NCBI GenBank assembly: GCA_042573485.1
Contig: JBHPCX010000006.1
Coordinates: forward strand, 255-64,254
Source: Thermodesulfobacteriota bacterium
GTDB taxonomy: Bacteria > Desulfobacterota > DSM-4660 > Desulfatiglandales > HGW-15
Direction of reading: 5' to 3'
DNA length: 64,000 nucleotides
In this document: positions 37,298 to 47,477 of the stretch, piece after piece
Layout of the letters: every line of letters starts with the position of its first letter
How positions within the stretch are numbered: position 1 is the first letter of the stretch
The notes under the pieces: generated by a model
The model's input: the letters and a program-made list of their open reading frames with translations, nothing else
Databases searched by the model: none
Told to the model about the DNA's origin: nothing
Made by a program: the position numbers and the translations under genes

Positions 37298-38677
37298 ATG
37301 AACGAAAAGAGACTACCTGCCTCACTGATCCACAGCTATGGTATGGCCACCATGGGTTTCAATCTCATGATGATGGTGGCAATAAACTACTATACCTACT
37401 TTATGACAGATGTGGCGCTTATCGCAGCAGCCCATCTGGCGATATACATGCCTCTTACCCACTTAGTGGACGCGGTGTCTATTCCCATAGGCGGAATCAT
37501 CATTCAGAAAACACAGTTTAGGTGGGGCCAGTTCCGATCATGGCTTTTGGTTATGCCACTTTCTACTTTCATTTTTTTTACTCTTACCTTTACGAATATA
37601 CCTTCATTTGATTACTGGACAAAACTAATCTTCTTCGGTGTTGCATATTTAATTTCTCATCTAAGTCTCAATTTTGCATTCAACGCTCACCTGGGTCTTA
37701 TATCTGTCCTCTCCGGTCATGTTGATGACAGGGCAAGGCTTTCAGCGAGAAATATTCAATATCTCTATGCAGGTCAAATTTTATTCAGCATAGCAGCTAT
37801 CCCGGCTCTTAACTACCTGAGAACTAATTACAGCGAATCCCTGGGTTTTTTCTGTATCGTACTTATACTTGCCGGAGTTCAGGTTTTAGGTTACTGGAAC
37901 CTGTTTTTGCAGACTAAAGAATATGACCCCTATGATCCTGATAAAAAATTGAAGGATTCCTTTAATCTGCCCTGGTTTGAAATGGTTAAGCAGATATTCG
38001 GGAACAAACATCTGATAATAATTATGATATCCGACACTGTGAGGGATGTGGGTCTATTCGGTCTTGTTTCAGTCGCTGTTTATTATTTCAAGTATATTAC
38101 CGGCGATGATTCATGGATGCGGCAATATATATTTTTCGTGGCATTCACGACACTTATAGGTACAATTATAGGCCCTCCTATTATTAAGCTGGTTGGCAGA
38201 AAAGAGATTTGCATTTACACAGCCTTTATCGGTGTTATCGGTTATCTCTTCTTACGCAAATACGGCGCGTCAGGCCCAATAACTTACATGGCAATTATCT
38301 GCGGTACGAATTTTTTAATTAATATCGCTTCGCCCATAAGGCAGGCAATGTATATGGATACGGCAGAATACGGGTATTATAAAACAGGCAAGAATGCCAG
38401 CGCCTTGATAATGTCCATGTATACTATGCCTGTAAAAATCGGCGTTGCTATTACCCTGACAATAATACCCTTGTATCTTGACAGGGTGATAGGATATGTG
38501 CCTAACATGGAAGTAACACCTCAATTTGTAAGCAGTCTAATGGACCTGATAGCATATATGCCTGCAATATGCTATTTCATTGCAGGATTTATCATGATCT
38601 TTTATGGCCTGAATGATAAAAAAGTAGCATTTTACATGGAGGCGAACGCGAAAAAACGGGCTGAGGTAAATGGGTAA
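37298..38677 (+). CDS. MFS transporter, GPH/MelB-like (paralog 1)
   Basis: About 12 TM helices; YFMTDV, T.FRWGQFRSWL, YYFKY, MYMDTAEYGYYKTG. Confidence 0.88.
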   Translation: MNEKRLPASLIHSYGMATMGFNLMMMVAINYYTYFMTDVALIAAAHLAIYMPLTHLVDAVSIPIGGIIIQKTQFRWGQFRSWLLVMPLSTFIFFTLTFTNIPSFDYWTKLIFFGVAYLISHLSLNFAFNAHLGLISVLSGHVDDRARLSARNIQYLYAGQILFSIAAIPALNYLRTNYSESLGFFCIVLILAGVQVLGYWNLFLQTKEYDPYDPDKKLKDSFNLPWFEMVKQIFGNKHLIIIMISDTVRDVGLFGLVSVAVYYFKYITGDDSWMRQYIFFVAFTTLIGTIIGPPIIKLVGRKEICIYTAFIGVIGYLFLRKYGASGPITYMAIICGTNFLINIASPIRQAMYMDTAEYGYYKTGKNASALIMSMYTMPVKIGVAITLTIIPLYLDRVIGYVPNMEVTPQFVSSLMDLIAYMPAICYFIAGFIMIFYGLNDKKVAFYMEANAKKRAEVNG

Positions 38678-38737
38678 AATATTGCTTTGGTAAATTTTTG
38701 TTAAAAAAATATTTTTAAAAATGGAGATTACATTCTA

Positions 38738-40108
38738 ATGGAAAAAAGACTTCCCGGTTCCCTGGTGCACAGCTATGGTTTGGCCACTATGACATTCAAT
38801 CTTATGATGATGTTGGCTTTAAACTATTATACCTACTTTCTTACGGATGTGGTAATGATTGCTGCAATTCATCTTGCCATATTCATGCCTCTTACACATG
38901 TAATAGATGCGGTGTCCATTCCAATTGGCGGGGCCATAATTCAAAAGACCCAGTTCCGGTGGGGGCAATTCCGATCATGGCTTTTGTTTTTACCTGTATC
39001 CACTTTTGCCTTTTTTACCATAACATTTACCAATATCCCTTCGGCAGGTTATGGTGTTAAATTATTCTATTTAGGAATGGCATATATAATATCCCATATT
39101 AGTCTTAATTTTGCATTTAATGCCCACCTGGGATTGATTTCAGTGCTTTCAGGTCGTATTGAGGACAGGGCATCACTTTCAATATGGAATACCAGGTATA
39201 CATACGGAGCCCAGCTAGTATTCAGTTTAGCTGCAATACCGGCACTTGAATTTTTCAATGGTAAATATGGTGAATCTATGGGCTTTTTCCTGACAGTAAT
39301 TTTACTCGCAGGAATTCAGATGTTTGGCTACTGGAACCTTTTTATAAGAACCAAGGACTATGACCGCTATGATCCTGATAAAAAATTAAAGCCGGCACAT
39401 AATTTAACTCTGGTTGAAATGGTTTACCAAATATTGGGGAACACTCACCTGATATTAATAATGATAGCTGATACTTTAAAAGATGTGGCCATATTCGGGC
39501 TTGTGTCCATTGCAGTCTATTATTTTAAATATGTTACTGGTGATTCTTCATGGATGACGGTCTATACCTTTACATCAGCTGTTTCAATCCTTACGGCCAC
39601 CGTGATAGCACCACATGTTATTAAAAGGATCGGCAGAAAAGAAACATGTGTTTATACAGCCTTTCTTGGTATCATAGGGTATTTATTACTGCGTAAATTC
39701 GGAACAAATGGTCCAATAACCTATACATTAATAATTGCATGTACAAATCTTGTTGTTTACCTGCCTATGCCCATTAGACAGGCAATGTATATGGATGCCT
39801 GTGAATATGGTTTTTACAAGACAGGCAAGAATGCCAGCGCATTTATAATGTCCATGTACACAATGCCTGTTAAAATCGGAATTGCCGGCGCCCTGGCTAT
39901 AATCCCTTTATTCCTTGCCTATATAGGATATGTTCCCAATATGGAGTCGACGCCCGAATTCGTCACTAATTTGATGAATCTTATTGCATTTTTACCCATC
40001 GCATGCTACCTCTTGGCGGGGTTTGTCTTTATATTCTATGGCCTTACTGAAGAAAAAGTAGCCTTTTACATGGAGGAAAACGCAAAAAGAAGGGCTGAAG
40101 AAGAATAG
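38738..40108 (+). CDS. MFS transporter, GPH/MelB-like (paralog 2)
   Basis: Same motifs; colinear with paralog 1. Confidence 0.88.
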   Translation: MEKRLPGSLVHSYGLATMTFNLMMMLALNYYTYFLTDVVMIAAIHLAIFMPLTHVIDAVSIPIGGAIIQKTQFRWGQFRSWLLFLPVSTFAFFTITFTNIPSAGYGVKLFYLGMAYIISHISLNFAFNAHLGLISVLSGRIEDRASLSIWNTRYTYGAQLVFSLAAIPALEFFNGKYGESMGFFLTVILLAGIQMFGYWNLFIRTKDYDRYDPDKKLKPAHNLTLVEMVYQILGNTHLILIMIADTLKDVAIFGLVSIAVYYFKYVTGDSSWMTVYTFTSAVSILTATVIAPHVIKRIGRKETCVYTAFLGIIGYLLLRKFGTNGPITYTLIIACTNLVVYLPMPIRQAMYMDACEYGFYKTGKNASAFIMSMYTMPVKIGIAGALAIIPLFLAYIGYVPNMESTPEFVTNLMNLIAFLPIACYLLAGFVFIFYGLTEEKVAFYMEENAKRRAEEE

Positions 40109-40203
40109 ACTATTAGTGTTGGAAACCATCCGGAAATTGGTGCTCTGCAGCAATTAACGGTCACCATTCCGGATGAAAATTAATATAAAAGGAGAATTAT
40201 AAA

Positions 40204-41598
40204 TTGGAAAAAAGACTCCCGAGTTTATTGGGCCACAGCTATGGTTTCGCAAATTTTACCTTCACATTGATGATGATGCTGGCGATGCAGCAGTATACAT
40301 TTTTTATGACTGATATTGCATTGATAACTGCCGCCCATTTGACCATAATCACATTCATAACCCATGTAGCGGATGGTTTGTCGGTCCCTTTTTCAGGCGT
40401 CATAATTCAAAAGACCCAGTCCCGCTGGGGGCAGTTCAGGGGATGGCTCCTGTTTATTCCAATTTCAACATGCATCTTTTTCACCGCTACCTTCACAAAT
40501 CTGCCCATTGGATATAACATAAAAATGGTTTATTTGAGTGTGGTCTATATATTAGCCCATGTCAGCCTCAATTTTGCCTTTAACGCGCATCTGGGTATGA
40601 TTTCAGTATTGTCAAAAGATACCGGGGGAAGGCTTATACTATCAAGCAGGAATGTCCAGTGGGGCATGGCCAGCCAGATCCTGTACGCTCTTGCTATAAT
40701 ACCAATGCTTAACTATACCACTACAAATATAAGTGGAACATGGGGGTACTTCTATACTGTCGGCCTCCTGGCAGTTATTCAGATCGTTGGTTACTGGGCC
40801 CTTTTCTTCCAGACCAAGGAATATGACAAATATGATCCCAATAAAAAACTCACTCCTGCCAATAATTTAACTGTGCCTGAGATGATAGCCCAGGTGCTTG
40901 GTAACAAACACCTGATAACCCTGTCGCTTGCTGAGTGCGCCAACAATTTAGGTCTTTTCAGCATTCAGGTAACAGCAATGTACTATTTTACAAAAATAGC
41001 AGGTGACGCGTTATGGATGGCTCCCTTCACACTGGCACTGGGTATTGCCACATTTGCAAGTACGATCCTTGGCCCCATGGTTGAGAAATTTATCGGGAAG
41101 AGAAACGTTTATTTAGTTGCTGCTGCCTATGGCAGCCTTGGATACATTGTTCTGCGTATGTATGGCGCTGACAGTCCCTATATATATATCGGCATAGTCT
41201 GTGTGACAGTCCTTGGTCACGGGATGTCCGCTCCTATTCGCCAGGCCATGTTCATGGATACTGCAGAGTACGGCTATTATAAAACAGGTAAAAATGCGAG
41301 TGCCTTTATCATGTCTATGCTTACTCTGCCGGTAAAGATAGGAATCACCTTTGCCGCTACTCTGGTCTCCTGGGGCCTTGATCTTATCCATTATGATCCA
41401 AATATGGAGATAACCGATCAGGTTGTAAACGGCCTGATGGATATTATCTGTTATATTCCTATTGCTTGTGGTGTGATAACCTTCGTAATAATGCTTTTTT
41501 ACTCACTCACTAATGATAAAGTCGCTAAGTACATGGAAGCGAATAAAATAAAAAGGGGTGAAGCAGAAAACCAGGAAGGACATTCTATTTTATCATAG
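40204..41598 (+). CDS. MFS transporter, GPH/MelB-like (paralog 3)
   Basis: Same motifs; AAGGAG RBS with TTG start. Confidence 0.88.
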   Translation: MEKRLPSLLGHSYGFANFTFTLMMMLAMQQYTFFMTDIALITAAHLTIITFITHVADGLSVPFSGVIIQKTQSRWGQFRGWLLFIPISTCIFFTATFTNLPIGYNIKMVYLSVVYILAHVSLNFAFNAHLGMISVLSKDTGGRLILSSRNVQWGMASQILYALAIIPMLNYTTTNISGTWGYFYTVGLLAVIQIVGYWALFFQTKEYDKYDPNKKLTPANNLTVPEMIAQVLGNKHLITLSLAECANNLGLFSIQVTAMYYFTKIAGDALWMAPFTLALGIATFASTILGPMVEKFIGKRNVYLVAAAYGSLGYIVLRMYGADSPYIYIGIVCVTVLGHGMSAPIRQAMFMDTAEYGYYKTGKNASAFIMSMLTLPVKIGITFAATLVSWGLDLIHYDPNMEITDQVVNGLMDIICYIPIACGVITFVIMLFYSLTNDKVAKYMEANKIKRGEAENQEGHSILS

Positions 41599-41623
41599 AT
41601 GTATTTTAATTAATGCTAATAAA

Positions 41624-41667
41624 AAATGGAGGCCGGCGAGTTAATTCCCGGCCTCCATTTGTTTTTT
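41624..41667 (+). terminator. Intrinsic terminator after the MFS triplet
   Basis: AAATGGAGGCCGG...CCGGCCTCCATTT followed by GTTTTTT. Confidence 0.8.
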
Positions 41668-41863
41668 AAGCTTTTTACTGAGTCATCCAGAATGATGGCT
41701 GATAAAAGCTGAAGGCTGCTTGGTTGGATTTCACAACAAAGCTGCCAAATTCGGGATATTATAATTCGGTGGGATATAATCCGCCTTCACCTGTCAACTC
41801 TGGCAGGACAAGAATTAAAAATTGTTGACTTAGAGCTGTGGCATTTCTCGTTCTTAAAACGAC

Positions 41864-42014
41864 TGGATTCCGCGGTCAAGCCGCGGAATGACGCCTATGA
41901 ATAAGGTTAAAGACTGACAATTCCGCGGCTTGACAGTCAGGCCGTAGCTTCTAACGAAGGCTGAATCGGGGAATTCTCCAACACCGTCATTCCCCGACTT
42001 GATCGGGGAATCCA
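41864..42014. repeat. Cluster of CGTC-type palindromes, the last overlapping the tilS stop codon
   Basis: TGGATTCCGCGGTCAAGCCGCGGAATGACG (41864); an interrupted copy at ~41920-41974; CGTCATTCCCCGACTTGATCGGGGAATCCA (41985). Confidence 0.8.
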
Positions 42015-43429
42015 GAAAGGTTGCGGTGGGGTATACCTGTCCCCAAAATATTACACTTTAAAATGGTCTTTGTGTCCGGTGTCATTTTAAAACGGTCATC
42101 AATCCTGTGTCCGCATATCCATACAATTTTATCATCAAACAATAATATGGGTGCTAATTTTCGATCTCTCAGCGGGACTTTCATATCAATAAAATAGTCC
42201 TTCACCTTTTTGCGCCCTTTCATGCCGAGGGGGATAAACCTGTCCCCGGGTTCATAATTTCTGACGGTAAGTGGAAATTGTATCCTGTCTCCGTTAATCA
42301 ACTCGGTCCCGGGTTCTGTCTTTTTAATATTTTTTTCTTTTGGCCTGCCTGTAGTTTCTATAGAAATTTTTTGTCCCGTTTCCTCTATGTAAACAGTACC
42401 GGGTTCCCGGATAATATAATTGAACGGTTTTAATTGATCTTCATCAAGGGAGAAGACTAAATTATTATACTCCTTTTTTACGATCAGTCCCTTCGGCAGG
42501 TGAATAGACGCGTTTGGATTTGGATTCTTCGATAGTTTGATAATCGAATCGATGTGACCTGCATCCACTCCATGTAAATATTTAATAAACCTGCTGATTA
42601 TAAGCCTTAATACTCTTCTTGAAAAAACATTGGGTAGCTTATTGAAAACAGTTAATCCAATATGAAATCCGTCGGAACGTTCTGTCCGCAGCTCTTCTTC
42701 TACCCATTTTTCTGCCTGCAAATTGATAAATTCATTTTCTTCTCTCAAATGTGAGGACAAATTGCCGAGATTTTCTACCAGGTTCGGCTGATATTTAATC
42801 AATTCAGGAATAAGTTCCAGGCGAATCCTGTTTCTGAGAAATTTTTTGTCTGAGTTTGAGCTGTCAATCGTGTATTCTATTTGATGGCAATCCAGGTAAT
42901 CCAGTATTTCCTCCCGGCCTGTTTCAATTAAAGGCCTGATAAATACCTCATCACGAACCGGGGGAATGCCTGAAAGACCTGTCATACCGCTTCCTCTCAA
43001 CAACCTCATAAGGAATGTTTCTGCCTGATCGTTCAGGTTATGTCCCAGGGAGATTTTATCAGCCTTGTGCTTAGACTTTACTTTTTTCAGGAAGGCATAT
43101 CGTGAATCCCTGGCCATTTCCTCGAGTGATGCCATGCTGCTTTCAAGGTCAGAAGCCCTTTCACATTCGATTGGCAGTCCATATTTTGCAGCCAGTTTTT
43201 CAACAAGCCTGTTTTCATTATCGTCTTCAGAATTTCTCAACCCATGATTATAATGAGCAATTATCAGGTCAATATCCATTGAGGCTGAAAGTTCTACCAT
43301 TATATCCAGGAGGCATACTGAATCGGGACCGCCGGAAACAGCCACAACCACCCGGTCGCCAGGCCGGAGCATTTTAAATTTTAATATTGTATTTTTAACT
43401 CTATTTTTTGTTTTATTATCTTTTTGCAT
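41987..43429 (-). CDS. tilS: tRNA(Ile)-lysidine synthetase
   Basis: AVSGGPDS, NHGLR, ARDSRY, GHNLNDQAET.LMRL.RG, RPL, DSSN..RNRIR, and the C-terminal GDRF.PLG domain. Confidence 0.95.
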   Translation of the reverse strand: MQKDNKTKNRVKNTILKFKMLRPGDRVVVAVSGGPDSVCLLDIMVELSASMDIDLIIAHYNHGLRNSEDDNENRLVEKLAAKYGLPIECERASDLESSMASLEEMARDSRYAFLKKVKSKHKADKISLGHNLNDQAETFLMRLLRGSGMTGLSGIPPVRDEVFIRPLIETGREEILDYLDCHQIEYTIDSSNSDKKFLRNRIRLELIPELIKYQPNLVENLGNLSSHLREENEFINLQAEKWVEEELRTERSDGFHIGLTVFNKLPNVFSRRVLRLIISRFIKYLHGVDAGHIDSIIKLSKNPNPNASIHLPKGLIVKKEYNNLVFSLDEDQLKPFNYIIREPGTVYIEETGQKISIETTGRPKEKNIKKTEPGTELINGDRIQFPLTVRNYEPGDRFIPLGMKGRKKVKDYFIDMKVPLRDRKLAPILLFDDKIVWICGHRIDDRFKMTPDTKTILKCNILGTGIPHRNLSGFPDQVGE

Positions 43430-43581
43430 AGGGCTGTAATAGATAGAAAAAAGCGGAACACCTCAGAAAATCAGGTGCAGGAAATAAATTGCCCCGAAGC
43501 CATAAAGAGCGTTGTTCTATTCCGCTCCGGCCACGAGGCATTTTTTGATTTTTTATAAAACCTAAAAAGTGATAAGATATA

Positions 43582-43863
43582 TCAATCACTGTTAAATTTT
43601 TCTCTTAAAACTGATGAACAGTTAAATGTAACTACTTTTCGACTGCCCAGGATAAGGTCATCGCCCGTCGCCGGATTTCTTCCTCTGCGTTCTCTCTTTT
43701 CCTTTACACAGAATTTTCCAAATCCTGAAATCAATACATCCTCACCATTTTCAAGACTTTTTTTGATTGCTTCCAGAAGGTTTTCGAGTAAATCGACTGA
43801 TTTATTCCGATTGAACCCTATTTTTGATAAATTTTCCACAATGTCTGTTTTTGTTAGTGACAT
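43582..43863 (-). CDS. ihfA: Integration host factor alpha subunit
   Basis: LTKTDIVE, ISGFGKF.VKEKRERRGRNPATG. Confidence 0.92.
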   Translation of the reverse strand: MSLTKTDIVENLSKIGFNRNKSVDLLENLLEAIKKSLENGEDVLISGFGKFCVKEKRERRGRNPATGDDLILGSRKVVTFNCSSVLREKFNSD

Positions 43864-44204
43864 CTCTTCTCCTGAAATTCAAACTGTTATTATAAAGGAT
43901 ATTCTGATATGTTCGAAGCCTTAGTAAGGCTTAACGGTAGATTTATATCTGTTAACATATTGCTTTTATGATGTAAATAATACATTTATATTTTTTAAAT
44001 AATCATTTTACAACTATTTTTTATAAAAAAAATTGTGGTATAAAAATATGAACGGTGAAAGGAAGGAGTATTAGAGTAATTATTTAGCAGCCATCAGTCC
44101 CTGTTCCCAGCCAAACAGACCTGATATTTCATCAATAGACTTTTCAGTAATAATTTTGATAAAAGAAAAATAATAATTCAAAACACCCAGGGAGTGTTGA
44201 AAAC

Positions 44205-44846
44205 ATGATTGCCATAATAGACTATAAAGCAGGGAACCTCACAAGTGTAAAAAGAGCACTTGATTTTCTTGGTCAGGATTCAGTAATCACATCCGATTAT
44301 TCAACCATTGTTGGTGCTGAAAGGGTTATTTTCCCTGGTGTCGGGGCAGCAGGAAAAGCTGTCGCGGACCTGAAGAACCAAAAACTTGATCTCGCCCTTA
44401 AAGAAGCCGTAAATGATAGAAAACCTGTACTTGGAATATGTCTGGGTATTCAGATTATTATGGACAAAAGTATTGAAAACAATACAGAGTGTCTCGGACT
44501 GGTAAAGGGCGAGGCGGTTAAGTTCTCTGATAACCTTGTGGATCCTGAGGGAAGGAAACTCAAAGTCCCCCATATGGGATGGAACAGTGTGAAATTAAAA
44601 AAAGCGCATCCCCTGTTCGAGGGTGTTCCGCCAGAAAGTGAGTTTTATTTTGTCCATTCATATTATCCCGTGCCTGAAATACCGGATAATGTTCTTGGTG
44701 AAACATTTTACGGCATTTCTTTCACATCGGTAATTACATCCGATAACCTTGCAGCGATGCAGTTTCACCTGGAAAAAAGCGGTAGACCCGGATTAAAGAT
44801 TCTCGAAAATTTTTGTAACTGGAGTGGAAAAGGCGATGTTAAGTAA
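44205..44846 (+). CDS. hisH: Imidazole glycerol phosphate synthase glutaminase subunit
   Basis: [37 protein letters not shown]. Confidence 0.96.
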   Translation: MIAIIDYKAGNLTSVKRALDFLGQDSVITSDYSTIVGAERVIFPGVGAAGKAVADLKNQKLDLALKEAVNDRKPVLGICLGIQIIMDKSIENNTECLGLVKGEAVKFSDNLVDPEGRKLKVPHMGWNSVKLKKAHPLFEGVPPESEFYFVHSYYPVPEIPDNVLGETFYGISFTSVITSDNLAAMQFHLEKSGRPGLKILENFCNWSGKGDVK

Positions 44847-45615
44847 AAGAATTATTCCCTGCCTTGATGTGAGGGATGGAAAACTGACCAAGGGAATCAA
44901 ATTTAAGGGAAACGTTGATATCGGGGACCCGGTTGAAACAGCTTATCAGTATTACCTTGAAGGTGCCGATGAAATTGTATTCTACGATATTACGGCCTCA
45001 AGTGAAAAACGGGACATAATGATTGAGACAGTAAGAAAAGTCGCTGAGAAGATTTTTATTCCCTTTTCAGTGGGAGGAGGAATAAAGACCGTTGAAGACA
45101 TGAGAAAGGTCCTTCTCGCGGGGGCGGAAAAAATTAGTGTAAATTCAGCTGCTGTTCGAAATCCTGACATAATTTCTCAAGGCGCCGAGGCCTTTGGAAG
45201 TCAGTGTGTGGTACTGGGCATGGATGTCAAGAAAGTTTCTGTGTCCGATAAAATCCCCAGCGGATATGAAATTGTTGTAGACGGAGGCAGGAGCTTTATG
45301 GGAATAGATGCCCTTGAATGGGCCGAAAGGGGTGAAAGACTTGGTGCGGGAGAAATATGTCTCAATTCAATTGACGCGGATGGTACTAAGGAAGGGTATG
45401 AATTGAATTTAAACAGGCTGATCTCATCAAACGTAAACATCCCTGTTATTGCTTCAGGAGGCGCGGGTACTCCGGAGCATATTTTCCAGGTACTTGATGA
45501 TGATAAAGCGGATGCGGCCCTTATAGCCTCAATGACTCATTATGGAGAATACACGATCAGGGAAATAAAGGAATATCTTTTCAAAAAGGGAATCAAGGTC
45601 CGCATGAAGTGGTGA
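44836..45615 (+). CDS. hisF: Imidazole glycerol phosphate synthase cyclase subunit
   Basis: [36 protein letters not shown]. Confidence 0.96.
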   Translation: MLSKRIIPCLDVRDGKLTKGIKFKGNVDIGDPVETAYQYYLEGADEIVFYDITASSEKRDIMIETVRKVAEKIFIPFSVGGGIKTVEDMRKVLLAGAEKISVNSAAVRNPDIISQGAEAFGSQCVVLGMDVKKVSVSDKIPSGYEIVVDGGRSFMGIDALEWAERGERLGAGEICLNSIDADGTKEGYELNLNRLISSNVNIPVIASGGAGTPEHIFQVLDDDKADAALIASMTHYGEYTIREIKEYLFKKGIKVRMKW

Positions 45616-45628
45616 TTTTATTCTTGAT

Positions 45629-45818
45629 AGCAGGCAGCACATCATTTTTCAGGATGAGATCAAACACCTTTTCAGGATTTGTTTCAATTTTTAAGGGCTA
45701 AACAGATATCTGAGGTGGGCATAGTTTTAGTACAATCAGTCCTTAAAAATTAAATCACTGCGAACCAAGTCCCCAGTTATCCGATGATCTCATCCTGAAA
45801 AACAATCCGTTGCCTGCT
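45629..45818. repeat. ~190-nt nested inverted repeat (rod-like hairpin; MITE or ncRNA)
   Basis: AGCAGGCAGC/GTTGCCTGCT, TTTTTCAGGATGAGATCA/TGATCTCATCCTGAAAAA and AATTTTTAAGGGCT/AGTCCTTAAAAATT. Confidence 0.75.
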
Positions 45819-46124
45819 GTGTGCAAATCAGGGGAAAGGGCATTCTGAGCCAAAATTTTTGAACAAAAATATAACATAATCCGCATTTGTGTTTGATATA
45901 TAAGAATTATGTTATTGTATCCCGATTATAAATATCACCATAAAAATGGATCGGCATCATGGGCTTAAACTATTTGCACCTTTTAAAGAATTATGGTAAA
46001 AATATAGCCTGTTTTTAACAACATGTTTTAATAATTTAGATTTTCTTGCTGTTCCGATATAATATCTTTCAGGTTCCAATCTAGCAAAACTCCATTTTAA
46101 GACAATTGTCAGGGAGATAATCTG

Positions 46125-46490
46125 ATGGCTAAAATACTTATAGTTGATGATGAAGAACATATCCGCTTTCTTTATTCCGAAGAGCTGACTGAAGCAGGAT
46201 ATGAAGTAATAACCGCTGAAAACGGTCATAAATTGGTTGAAAGAATAGAAGAAGAAAAGCCGGATCTGGTTGTACTGGATATTAAGATGGTTGATTATAA
46301 CGGGCTGGACCTGCTTCAGGATATCCGTAATAAATTTTATGAACTCCCTGTTGTGCTTTGTACAGCATATGACACATTCAAGGAGGATATGAAGTCCATA
46401 GCCGCGGACTTTTATGTCATTAAATCATTTGATTTGACGGAACTGAAGAACAAAATAAAGATAGCTTTGGAAGCAAGCTCAACCACTTAA
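46125..46490 (+). CDS. Single-domain response regulator receiver
   Basis: ILIVDDE, LVVLDIKM, CTAY, VIKS. Confidence 0.92.
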   Translation: MAKILIVDDEEHIRFLYSEELTEAGYEVITAENGHKLVERIEEEKPDLVVLDIKMVDYNGLDLLQDIRNKFYELPVVLCTAYDTFKEDMKSIAADFYVIKSFDLTELKNKIKIALEASSTT

Positions 46491-46537
46491 AAGAACTCAT
46501 TTAATCCTTTTTTTTCATTTAGCAGGCCTTCCCATCC

Positions 46538-47011
46538 TCATTTGTGATATTTGTGCCCCTCAATAATTGTAAAAGCCCTGTATATCTGCTCCATGAGAAG
46601 CAGCCGGCACATCTCATGTGTCATTGTCATTTTTGACAGAGAAAAGACACTGTTGGCGTTTTTCAGGACATCTTCGGATAATCCAACAGGTCCGCCAATC
46701 GTAAAACATACGCTGCCCCGGACATCAAGTGATAACCTTTTTAACCATGAAGCAAAATTTCTGGAGTTATATTGTTTCCCCGACCTGTCCAGGGCAATAA
46801 GATAGTCACCTTTTTCCAGCTTTGACAGAATCCTTTTGCCTTCCTTACCCGCTATTTCCAGGTCGGATTTCCCTTTTACTATCTTTTCCGGTTTTACTTC
46901 CGTGTATCTGTACTGAACAAATCTCTTAAGCCGTTTAAGATATTTCTCTTCTCCTTTTCTCAAATAGGAAGCCTTTGTACGATCTACAACAATAAAATTT
47001 ATTTTAAGCAT
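46538..47011 (-). CDS. rlmH: 23S rRNA pseudouridine-1915 N3-methyltransferase
   Basis: IGGPVG, SLSKMTMTHEMCRLLLMEQIYRAFTI...HKYHK. Confidence 0.95.
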   Translation of the reverse strand: MLKINFIVVDRTKASYLRKGEEKYLKRLKRFVQYRYTEVKPEKIVKGKSDLEIAGKEGKRILSKLEKGDYLIALDRSGKQYNSRNFASWLKRLSLDVRGSVCFTIGGPVGLSEDVLKNANSVFSLSKMTMTHEMCRLLLMEQIYRAFTIIEGHKYHK

Positions 47012-47477
47012 TTAAGGTGGCACCGGAAGAAATAATCTTAAAAAGATTGGACACAGCCAGGGTTATCTGAGACTGTGCGGCACGATAGTGATATGTCGAT
47101 TGGCCGTAGGGATCCGGGATATCATCTTCAGTCTGGTCGAGGGCAACATATTTCCCCAGTTTCTGGACTTTTCCATCCGCCTCGAGCCAGGATTCCATAA
47201 TAAAATCATAATGAAAGTCTTCCATAACCAGAATAATGTCTGCCCATGTTATTTCATCGCCGGTTAATATTCTGGAGATGTGATTTTCCGCGGGAATATC
47301 TTTATCAAGAAGAAAATTCATCATTTCACTGTCTGCCGGAGTGCCCGGAAACGCGCTGGTTCCGGCTGATGATACCTGAATTTCTGAAAAACGGTTTTTT
47401 CTTAATTCATTTTTCAGAAGCATTTCCGCCAGAAAACTCCTGCTGATATTTCCGGTGCACACAAAAAGGATATTCAT
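47004..47477 (-). CDS. Low-molecular-weight protein Tyr/Arg phosphatase
   Basis: ILFVCTGNISRS P-loop, SSAGT, DIPDPYG. Confidence 0.9.
   Translation of the reverse strand: MNILFVCTGNISRSFLAEMLLKNELRKNRFSEIQVSSAGTSAFPGTPADSEMMNFLLDKDIPAENHISRILTGDEITWADIILVMEDFHYDFIMESWLEADGKVQKLGKYVALDQTEDDIPDPYGQSTYHYRAAQSQITLAVSNLFKIISSGATLNA

Noticed and set aside
47004-47477. Arsenate reductase ArsC
   Set aside because: It lacks the additional redox Cys pair. The CTGNISRS and DPY motifs fit a LMW phosphatase, and there are no ars genes nearby.
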